Shown here one piece after another: positions 44,339-53,500 of a DNA stretch of 64,000 nucleotides. Made by a program: the position numbers and the translations under genes. Numbering within the stretch: the stretch's first letter is position 1; each line of letters opens with the position of its first letter. Source of the DNA: Spirochaetia bacterium (GTDB taxonomy: Bacteria > Spirochaetota > Spirochaetia > DSM-16054 > Sediminispirochaetaceae); the NCBI GenBank assembly GCA_034520965.1, contig JAXHMY010000002.1:32001-96000 (forward strand), read 5' to 3'. A model generated the notes under the pieces. It saw nothing but the letters and a program-made list of their open reading frames with translations, did not search any database and was not told the origin of the DNA.

Positions 44339-45388
44339 ATGAGAAAAATCGGATTAGCCGTATTAATAATATTTACCATTTTGACCGGCTCGCTTTGGGC
44401 GGATGTGATAGGAGAAACCGTGGCAACGGTAAACCTCACCCGTACAGAGGGGATTACAGCCCGGCAGGTAGACAAAAAACTTGCAGAAATCCGCAACATG
44501 GGTACTCAAACCGGTATACAGCCGGATAAGATTACCCGTGAACAGGTTCTGGATTCACTCATTTCAGAGGTGCTCATTAAACAAGCCGCTGAGCGCGACG
44601 GGGTAAGAGTTCAGCAGGAAGATATAGACCGACTTGTAAACCAGCAGAAGCGTCAAATTGAAGCGCAGATGGGGCAAAAACTCAGTGACCAGGAGTTTCA
44701 ATCTATAGTAAGCCAGGAAACCGGATATTCATGGCAAGAGTACCGGCAACGATTAGAGGACCAGATACTGCAGCAAACCTATATCACCCAAAAAAAACGG
44801 GGGATGTTCGAAGCAATAAATCCGCCGACTGAACGGGAAATACAGGCTTTGTACCGGGAGAACGCCACCGAGTTTACAAACCCGGAGTTCGTGCGAATCA
44901 GCCATGTATTTATCCCCCTTGCCAATAAGAGCGAAGCCGAGCAGGAAGAGGCTCGTAGAAAAATAGAAAAGGCACGTACACAGCTGCGGTCCGGTGAAAT
45001 GAGTTTTGACGACCTGGTTTTGAAATACTCTGAAGATGAAAATTCAAAGTTCAGTGGTGGAGATGTCGGCTTTGTCACCCGTAATAATCAACAGGTCAAA
45101 CAAGTATACGGTGAGAACTTTTTTGATGAGATTTTTGAACTCGAAGAGGGAGAAGTGTCGGATATAATTGAATCGAACGTAGGTTTCCATATTGTTAAAG
45201 CAACCACCCATGAACAGCCCAAAATCCTAAGCCTTGACGACAGAATAGCTCCGGATAACCCCACTACGGTACGTGAATATTTACGTAATCGAATTTACCA
45301 GGAGCGTCAGCAGCAAACGCTCCAACAGGCTATGAACGACGTAATGGAAGAGTTACGCGAGCAGGCCGAAATTGTACGATACGACTAA
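44339..45388 (+). CDS. SurA/PrsA-like peptidyl-prolyl isomerase
   Basis: Signal peptide; parvulin motifs ISHVFI, YSED, GGDVG and GFHIVK. Confidence 0.9.
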   Translation: MRKIGLAVLIIFTILTGSLWADVIGETVATVNLTRTEGITARQVDKKLAEIRNMGTQTGIQPDKITREQVLDSLISEVLIKQAAERDGVRVQQEDIDRLVNQQKRQIEAQMGQKLSDQEFQSIVSQETGYSWQEYRQRLEDQILQQTYITQKKRGMFEAINPPTEREIQALYRENATEFTNPEFVRISHVFIPLANKSEAEQEEARRKIEKARTQLRSGEMSFDDLVLKYSEDENSKFSGGDVGFVTRNNQQVKQVYGENFFDEIFELEEGEVSDIIESNVGFHIVKATTHEQPKILSLDDRIAPDNPTTVREYLRNRIYQERQQQTLQQAMNDVMEELREQAEIVRYD

Positions 45389-45390
45389 TA

Positions 45391-45816
45391 ATGGGATCCA
45401 GAAGAAAAGCACGTATTTTAGCGCTGCAGGCATTGTTCAGCTGGGATTACACAGCCAAAAGCAGTGCCGAACTTGGGCGCTTTGAATGGCTGGATGAAGA
45501 ACGGCTGGCAAGCTTTGAAGATGATACCCTCATGTTTGCCCGCTTGATAGTGCAGGGAACCCTGGAAAATATAGAAGAAATTGACACTAAAATTACTGAG
45601 CAGCTTGAGCACTGGGATTTCAGCCGTCTGGCCCGGGTCGATTTAGCAATTCTGCGGTTTAGCATTTATGCATTGGTGTATCAAAAGGAGATACCCTCCT
45701 CTGTAACTATTGATGAGGCAATCGATATTGCGAAACACTACGGGAGCGGCGAATCGTATCGCTTTATCAATGGTGTTTTGGATGGGATACGGAAGCAGTT
45801 AACGGAAAAGCAATGA
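45391..45816 (+). CDS. nusB: Transcription antitermination factor NusB
   Basis: Motifs RRKARILALQALF, VDLAILR, IDEAIDIAK and FINGVLD. Confidence 0.96.
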   Translation: MGSRRKARILALQALFSWDYTAKSSAELGRFEWLDEERLASFEDDTLMFARLIVQGTLENIEEIDTKITEQLEHWDFSRLARVDLAILRFSIYALVYQKEIPSSVTIDEAIDIAKHYGSGESYRFINGVLDGIRKQLTEKQ

Positions 45817-47435
45817 ATAAAAAAGATCTGTGGTTGTTAGCGGCGATTGTCGTCATAGCAGTAATGCTTGGTCTTACGCTTACAACTATACTGCAGCAAA
45901 AAAAAAGCACCAGCGCTATCCAGGAAGCTGATAAAATTGCGGAAATAGACAGACTTCTGGCCAATGGAATCGAACAGACCGCGGTAGAAAATATTGAGAC
46001 TCTTGCCCGTAAAGATTTGTCTGCTGCAAGTTACATCCGATTAATAAAACGAGCCCGGCAAATCTCCCGCCGTAGCACTAACTATGACTTATATAATTAT
46101 GTTTCCCGGGCAGCTTTGGAAGCCTACCCGGCCAGAGGGGATCTAAATGCACTACGTATATACGGTCTGCTGCGTGAAGGCCGTACCGAAGCAGCAGCAG
46201 ATATTTATAACGAGAGCGAAATCGAAACCGAAGATTGGCCGGATCTCACATCAGAAATAAGCCTTTACGTAGAGACCTCCGCGACGGGGAAGGAGGACGC
46301 TCTTTCCAAGAAGAGTACAGCAGAAGATTTTCTGGGGATGTATCGAAAAACCGGAAGCTATGGATTTTTGCTTGATGCAGTACTGCTTTTACTGCGCCGC
46401 GGCGAGGTACAGTCCGCTTATTCTACTGTGACTGAAGAAGCAGAGTTAGAAACCCTGCCCCCCGATTTTATGTTCTTCCTTGCTTTTGATGCGGCTAAAT
46501 GGCAGCATGCCCAGTCTGTGTTAGCCGTTCAGCCTCAAATATTCAACAAAATTGAATATCAGTTTCTAAAAGCAGATATTTTCATGCATCAAAACCAGCT
46601 GTACATGGCAGCAGAACTTTATGAAAATCTTTTAGAAAAGGAAATTCAGCTTACAACTACTCAAAAAAGCAGGGCTTTGCTTAACCTCCTGTATATTTAC
46701 GATACACTTGAAAAGCCCATTCCAAGTTCAATCATGCAGTTGGTAATGGATATCTCAACCGAAGATCCTGAAAATTCAGCACTTCTGTTTGCCGGCTATT
46801 TTTTATCACATAACAACACCGACCGGGCCCAGAAAATTTTGGATATTTCGGCTAAGGGTAGTCAGGAAAGCGTTCTGAGACAGGTTATTCAGGAAGGAAC
46901 AGCTCAAAGGGTCAATCCCGAACGTTACAAATCACTTTTGTGGAGATTGGTCTATCGAACCGATCAAGAGCGATATGCACAGTATCTGGCTTGGTTCCTT
47001 ATAGGGATTGAGGATATTCAGGGGCTAAAAAGCTTAACTGTCCACAGCCGCCGAACCTTCGGAAGCCGGAGCTGGATACAATTTTATGAGGCAGTAGTAC
47101 TCATGTATTCACGCGACTACGCACAAGCGGCTGAGACATTTAAAGGAGCTTTTCCCGAAGATCCCCATTGGGAGTATCTCTACAACGCTGCGATAGCTTA
47201 TTCTGTGACCAACAATCTATCAGCAGCACTCGACGAATTGAAGGCTGCCGAGGCTGTGGTACCGGCCGGTTCGCCCGGGAACGCGGCGGTGTTATCCGAA
47301 CAAATTGAACTGCTTATTCAAAGCAATCGCTTAACTGAAGCTCGCACGCAACTGGCTATTTTAGAAAACAGGTTTCCACACAATATGAACGTTGGACTCC
47401 TAAAGAGCCTGCTCGAAGCTCGTTTAAGCAACTGA
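45813..47435 (+). CDS. Membrane-anchored TPR-like hypothetical protein
   Basis: N-terminal TM helix followed by helical repeats. Confidence 0.7.
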   Translation: MNKKDLWLLAAIVVIAVMLGLTLTTILQQKKSTSAIQEADKIAEIDRLLANGIEQTAVENIETLARKDLSAASYIRLIKRARQISRRSTNYDLYNYVSRAALEAYPARGDLNALRIYGLLREGRTEAAADIYNESEIETEDWPDLTSEISLYVETSATGKEDALSKKSTAEDFLGMYRKTGSYGFLLDAVLLLLRRGEVQSAYSTVTEEAELETLPPDFMFFLAFDAAKWQHAQSVLAVQPQIFNKIEYQFLKADIFMHQNQLYMAAELYENLLEKEIQLTTTQKSRALLNLLYIYDTLEKPIPSSIMQLVMDISTEDPENSALLFAGYFLSHNNTDRAQKILDISAKGSQESVLRQVIQEGTAQRVNPERYKSLLWRLVYRTDQERYAQYLAWFLIGIEDIQGLKSLTVHSRRTFGSRSWIQFYEAVVLMYSRDYAQAAETFKGAFPEDPHWEYLYNAAIAYSVTNNLSAALDELKAAEAVVPAGSPGNAAVLSEQIELLIQSNRLTEARTQLAILENRFPHNMNVGLLKSLLEARLSN

Positions 47436-47462
47436 TACTATAAAACGGGAGTTACGATAATC

Positions 47463-48212
47463 ATGATAAAACTTAAAAGCCGCGAGGAAATAGATAGAAT
47501 AAGAGAATCCTGTCATTTGGTAGAACGGACTCATCAGGAAATTGCAAAGCTAATCGACGTGGGAATTACCACCCTCGAGTTAGACCGGTTTGCTAAAAAC
47601 TATATTAAGACCCATGGAGGCACCCCGGCCTTTCTCGATTATATGGGGTTTCCAGCCAGTCTGTGTACCTCAGTGAACAGCGTAGTTATTCATGGAATTC
47701 CGGGGGGATATAAGCTCCAAAACGGAGATATAATCAGCCTTGACTTAGGTATCGATCTGAACGGGTATTTCAGCGATGCCGCACGAACTTATGAAATCGG
47801 CTCTGTCTCGGAAAAAGCCCATGAGTTGGTTGAAGTAACCCGTCAGTGCTTGTATGCCGGAATAGATAAAGCACAGACAGGTAACCGGATACAGGATATC
47901 GGTCGAGCAGTTTCCGCTCTGGCTAAACAACATAATTTTGGAGTTGTAAAGGATTACTGCGGCCATGGAGTCGGTTTTTCGCAACACGAGGATCCTCAGA
48001 TACCCAATTATGTAAGCCGGGGAGCTAATCCTCGAATAAAACAGGGGATGATACTGGCAATAGAGCCAATGATCAACCTTGGCACTGGTAAAGTGGTGGT
48101 ACATGATGATGGCTGGACTGTGGAAACCGAGGATGGACAATTATCTGCCCATTGGGAACATACTGTGGCGGTGTTTGATGATCATACCGAAATTTTGACC
48201 CTGATAGATTAG
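47463..48212 (+). CDS. map: Methionine aminopeptidase type I
   Basis: Motifs VIHGIP, SLDLG, SDAART, GHGVG, AIEPM and HWEHTV. Confidence 0.97.
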   Translation: MIKLKSREEIDRIRESCHLVERTHQEIAKLIDVGITTLELDRFAKNYIKTHGGTPAFLDYMGFPASLCTSVNSVVIHGIPGGYKLQNGDIISLDLGIDLNGYFSDAARTYEIGSVSEKAHELVEVTRQCLYAGIDKAQTGNRIQDIGRAVSALAKQHNFGVVKDYCGHGVGFSQHEDPQIPNYVSRGANPRIKQGMILAIEPMINLGTGKVVVHDDGWTVETEDGQLSAHWEHTVAVFDDHTEILTLID

Positions 48213-48296
48213 CACAGTTTTTTTTTTGACGCTTAAAGAAAAATATATATATATTCTAAATACCTGTTCAAACAAAGCATAAGATGTGGAGGAAAA

Positions 48297-49814
48297 GTGA
48301 AAATGAATCACAGAAAATTATTCTATTCTAAGAAGTTCTTTCTGTTTAACCTAGTGCTGGTTGGAATTTTGGTTGGTTTTACTCTCTCGTTTATTACATT
48401 CGGTTGTTCTACCGATGTAAAGCCTGGCGAGAAGACTCAAGCACAGACACAACCTGCAACAAGTGCAGCTGACAGTGATACTTCAACAGCGCTTTCTTTG
48501 CAGAACTCATTTAGAAGCGTTGCACAGAAAGCACTTCCGGTGGTAGTTGAGTTAAAGGTGGTAGAAATCCGACAGCAGCGGGCACCGGATTCCCGCGGAT
48601 GGCCATGGGACTTTCTTTTTCCTGAAGAAGAAAATAACAATAATGGTGATAACCAAGAGCGAGAGTTCCGCAGCCAAGGGCTCGGTTCGGGTGTTATTGT
48701 AAGAAATGAAGGGAATAAATACTATATTCTTACAAATGACCATGTGGTTGGTGAGGCCGACGAGATTATAGCGGTGCTAAACGACGGTAAGGAGTTTACC
48801 GCCTCGCTGGTTGGCAAAGACCCGAGAAAGGACCTGGCACTGGTAATGTTTGAATCGGAACAGGGAAATATTCCAATTGCCGAACTTGGCGATTCTGATG
48901 CCACCCAGGTTGGCGACTGGGTATTAGCAGTGGGCAGTCCCTTTGGTTTTGTCTCCAGTGTCACTGCCGGAATAGTAAGTGCGAAGGGGCGTTCAGGGCC
49001 TCAGGGCAATATTAGTGATTTTATACAGACCGATGCGGCTATCAACCGGGGCAATTCCGGGGGCGCTTTGGTAAATATTCACGGCGAAGTGGTTGGAATA
49101 AATACCTGGATTGCAGCCCCAACGGGGGGCAGCGTAGGATTAGGTTTTTCTATCCCCATTAACAATGCCAAAAAGACTATCGACGACTTTATCACCAAGG
49201 GAAAGGTAGAATACGGCTGGCTTGGTGTTACCGTTGGAGATGTAAACCGGGAGCTTGCCGAGGAACTTGGAATTGAAGAGACCAAGGGGGCATTCATTCA
49301 TAATGTGTACATCGATTCTCCAGCAGACAAGGGCGGTATACGTCCGGGAGACTTCATTACTCAGATAAACGGTGAGGATGTCTCAAATCGTGACGAAGTT
49401 GTAAGAAAAGTCGGCGATTTAGAGGCAGGCGATACCGCTACCTTTGAGGTGAATCGTTTCGGAAGTACCCGTACGGTGAAAGTCAAGATTGGTGAAAGAA
49501 AAGACAGTGAAGAGATCCTTTCGAACCAAAAGAAACTGTGGCCGGGAATGATTGTAGTACCTTTGAACGAAGAGGTTCGTCAACAGCTTGAACTGGATGA
49601 TTCACAAAACGGGGTATTAGTCGCTAATGTTGATCGTGGAACAAAAACCTATATCGGCGGTATAAGAAATTACGATGTAGTTACGGCGGTGAACGATGAA
49701 AAGATTGAAACAATAGAAGATTTTTATCAGTTGATCGGAGACAACTCTATCGATGAGTTCAAAATTTCGTACCTGCGGGAAGGTGAAAAATACTTTACCG
49801 GAATTGAGCGTTAG
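48297..49814 (+). CDS. htrA: DegP/HtrA serine endoprotease (Do family)
   Basis: Catalytic motifs LTNDHVV, KDLAL and TDAAINRGNSGG; two PDZ domains. Confidence 0.95.
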   Translation: MKMNHRKLFYSKKFFLFNLVLVGILVGFTLSFITFGCSTDVKPGEKTQAQTQPATSAADSDTSTALSLQNSFRSVAQKALPVVVELKVVEIRQQRAPDSRGWPWDFLFPEEENNNNGDNQEREFRSQGLGSGVIVRNEGNKYYILTNDHVVGEADEIIAVLNDGKEFTASLVGKDPRKDLALVMFESEQGNIPIAELGDSDATQVGDWVLAVGSPFGFVSSVTAGIVSAKGRSGPQGNISDFIQTDAAINRGNSGGALVNIHGEVVGINTWIAAPTGGSVGLGFSIPINNAKKTIDDFITKGKVEYGWLGVTVGDVNRELAEELGIEETKGAFIHNVYIDSPADKGGIRPGDFITQINGEDVSNRDEVVRKVGDLEAGDTATFEVNRFGSTRTVKVKIGERKDSEEILSNQKKLWPGMIVVPLNEEVRQQLELDDSQNGVLVANVDRGTKTYIGGIRNYDVVTAVNDEKIETIEDFYQLIGDNSIDEFKISYLREGEKYFTGIER

Positions 49815-49846
49815 GGTACACTACATATTGTATTCAGTGTAATCTC

Positions 49847-49872
49847 AGGGAGGGCTTTGTGGCCCTCCCTTT
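49847..49872 (+). terminator. Probable terminator hairpin after htrA
   Basis: AGGGAGGGC-TTTGTG-GCCCTCCCT followed by a short T tail. Confidence 0.6.
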
Positions 49873-49890
49873 ACTTATTCGGAGGTATTG

Positions 49891-50499
49891 ATGAAAGATT
49901 TTGTCGAGTACGATCAGGTACGAAACAACTCTCTTAAACTCGCATATACTATTCATAAGGACGGGTTTATCCCGGATGTTATTTATGTACTTTTGCGAGG
50001 CGGTGCATATATCGGCAACGTGATTAGCGAATATTTTAAGATCGTACGTAAGGACGAACGCCCCGTTTTTTATGCGGCCGTGGTCGCCCGCTCCTATACT
50101 GATATCCATCAACGCTCACGTGTAATGATTGACGGGTGGACATATAAACCCGAGTACCTGCGGAACGGGGACAAAGTCTTGTTGGTCGATGATATTTATG
50201 ACTCAGGACGCACCATGAACTATCTGGCGGAAGTTATCATGGATCATGGTATTCCTCGAAAAGATCTAAAAATAGCCGTTCACGATTATAAAGTATTTCC
50301 CGACAGTACAGAAAAAATGCCGGTCAGCCCCGACTATTTTTGCCGAAAGCATACGGTTACCTCTCCAGAGAACGATGTATGGATTCACTACAAAAGTCAT
50401 GAATTAGTAGGTTTGACAAAAGAGGAATTCCAGAATAACTACTCCTTTACCGATAAAGGGTTTATAGAGATACTTGATCAGGAACTATTTAAAAGATAG
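49891..50499 (+). CDS. Phosphoribosyltransferase
   Basis: Motif LLRGG and PRPP-binding motif VLLVDDIYDSGRT. Confidence 0.9.
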   Translation: MKDFVEYDQVRNNSLKLAYTIHKDGFIPDVIYVLLRGGAYIGNVISEYFKIVRKDERPVFYAAVVARSYTDIHQRSRVMIDGWTYKPEYLRNGDKVLLVDDIYDSGRTMNYLAEVIMDHGIPRKDLKIAVHDYKVFPDSTEKMPVSPDYFCRKHTVTSPENDVWIHYKSHELVGLTKEEFQNNYSFTDKGFIEILDQELFKR

Positions 50500-50511
50500 C
50501 GGCGAGGGGGT

Positions 50512-53500
50512 ATGAACATCCCAAATATGGACAAATCACAAAAAATAGCGGTTCTATTTTTTCTCCTGTTGCTTGGAATGGTGCACTTGTATGCCCAAGA
50601 AAACACGGTAACTCCGACACCCTCCCCAGGTGCTTTTTCTGAAGCATTGTATGTGCATATCGAATCGAACCTAGATAAACCGGTTCAGTACCGTTTCAGT
50701 AAGAGCAGCGACGACACCTGGGTGGACTACACCCAGGCTCTTCGCCTCTCTGCACTATCAGGGGAAGAACGAACTTTTACTCTGCAAGTACGCGTGCAGA
50801 ATACGGGTACTGACACGGTAGAGAGCTTTCAGTACGTAATCGACCGGCGTATGCCGAATGAGCCGGAAATAGAGATACGTCGGCAAGACGCGGGATACTT
50901 TGTTAATTTTTCAATTGATGAAAACCAAGCTCAGGTAAAATACTGGCTTTCTAGTTTTGAACAGCCCGAATTCAAAGCCTGGAACAGAAAAATGCTTGCA
51001 GCCCCGCAGAAAAGTGTAGTAAAAGCATACAGCGTCGACGAAGCCGGCAACCGCAGCCGGGTGGTTACTAAAAAACTTCCGGAGCTGCATCCCTGCAGAA
51101 GCTCCTCAGAGATTGATATTCCATCCCCGGTAGCCGGAACTTTTGTAAATGCACAATGGCTTATTATCCCGAACGCCAACTGTTTTGAATGGATACGCTA
51201 CAGCCTGGAAACAGAAACCTCCCGCAGCGATGAAACAGCTTATACTGCCCCTGTTCTCATTCGGACAATCGGTACTATTACCCTTAGGGTTCAGGCAAAG
51301 CCTTATTACCAGGAGCAGTTGTCCGAGAAAAAACTGGAATTCACCATTACCAAGCCGAAAGATTCGATTCTGAATGCCTTTTCAGCATCAGCAACAAAAA
51401 CCAGCGGGCCGGTCGAAGATCTACGTTCCTTTCCTTTACCCTCTGCTGAAAAGGGAGTGGAGCTTTACTACAGTTTAGAGGATACCCCCGTCAACCCGAA
51501 TCATCCCCAACTTGTTTCTCCTATACCGGTCAAACTATCCGAGGGTATGAAAAATTTTTTAGCCTATCGTATTGGAGCGTATCTTCCGAATGAGGATCGC
51601 ATGCTGCAGTATCGTTTTTTTTATATCATCGATGAAAGAATACCTCCGAATCCGCAATTTCGCTTATCTGATACACTCCCGTTTCGTTCAAAGCTTCAAG
51701 TAGCATTAGAAGCAGGAAAGGGGGCTGAAATTTATTACACCACCGACGGATCTACCCCCGACCGGTTCTCCAATCGGTATGCAGGGCCTTTTAACATTAC
51801 CTCCGATGGAAACTCGGATTTGGGAATAATACCAGTACAAGCTGTAGCTCGCTATCCGAACGGAAATAGCAGTGAGATTGTACGAAAACAGCTGCCCTAT
51901 GATAGAAGAGCGCCTTCCCCCCCAAGTTATGATATCCTTAAGGTAGATAAGTATGGTGCTGATATTCAGGTAGATCACCCGGACCCTTCTATGGAAATTG
52001 TGTATGCAGTGGGTTACGGGAATACTCCTCCTTTACAGATAAACCGAAACTCCCCCGTAATATCAAGAAATTTAAGAGTAGATTTTCCCTATGGGTTTCA
52101 GGGAAAAGCCTTTGTGCGCTTTGCGGCAAGGGATAAAGCCGGAAATATTTCGACCGCTACGGCTACTGCACGGGTTGAAGTCGACTCGGTACCGCCGGAA
52201 GCTCCATCCATACGACGGGATCAGCAAAAACTCATGATAACAGGTTCTCACGATCTGTTTTACCGTGTCCAAGGCACAAATGATGGGTTTAAAGAGTATA
52301 CCGGGCCTATCGATTTGAACGTCGAAGATAAGCTCCGGCAAAAGTTTGAAGTAGCCGCATACGCAGAAGATTCGAGGAATAACCGATCAATAAGTACGGA
52401 GAGAGTGTTTTTTATAGATACCAGAACTCCTAAACCGCCCCAGATTATCAGCAATGTTGACAGCTCCATAGTCAATCGTCCCATTCTGGTTCGTTGTATT
52501 GGCCCATACGCCGATTCAGTTGTCTATTATAAACTGTTCAGAGTAGCAAAAGGAGACAACCTGCCCGAGGTTGCTGAAGATTCAAAACCCGGTTTTTCGG
52601 ATAGTTTATATAGTGAACCTATCCAACTCAGTGGTGCCGAGGATCGGGAAGTTCTCTATGTCGTAAGAGCGCGCAGCTATCTGCCTTCCGCAGATGTATG
52701 GAGCCCTGTAACCAGCAGTTCATTCACCATAGACAGAAAAACACCTGAAGCGGTCAAGCTTGGGTCGATTATAGGCAAAACAAGACTTTTCTCTGAAGCT
52801 GTCACAGTACAGGCTGAAGCAGCCTCAGAGGAAGAGGAAAGCTGGATATATGTAGCTGAAGAAGAACCTACTGCTGCTGATATAAGCATCGAGAAAATAC
52901 TCTCGGAAGGGGTTCCCCTGTCACGGGGAGTCCTAGTTGAAGGCGTTGAGGGAGAAGAAAAAAAGTACCGGATCCATAGCGCCACCGTGGACAAAGCCGG
53001 GAACAGTGACCGGAGCAAAACTGTTGAACTTACGCTCGATCGTAAAAAGCCGGAGATACCCCGGTTAGAAGGTTTACCGGCTGAAGCAGATACAAATAAG
53101 CAGGTTAAAATTTTTGCTCCCGACGATTATCAACATAAAATAATTTATGAACTGGCCGTAAACCAGGGCCTGCCGCAAGTACCCACGGCTGATTCATCGG
53201 TTCTAAATGATTCCCCCTTAGTTTTAAGCGGCACTCCTGAAAATGACGGCGGAATAAACCATTATGCAATTTCCTTCCGAGGTTTAGATCAGGCTGGTAA
53301 TATGTCGCCGGTGAAAACTGAACACGTAAGAATCTCTCAGATTAAGCCACAGCCACCACAGATTGTTGTGGAGCATATTGGCAAACAGCAATTTTTGATT
53401 CAAATAGATGCGGAACATGAAATGTCCATCTATGCAAAAATAAACGACGCAAAAATAAACGACGCAAAAATAAACGACGCAAAAATAAACGACGCAAACT

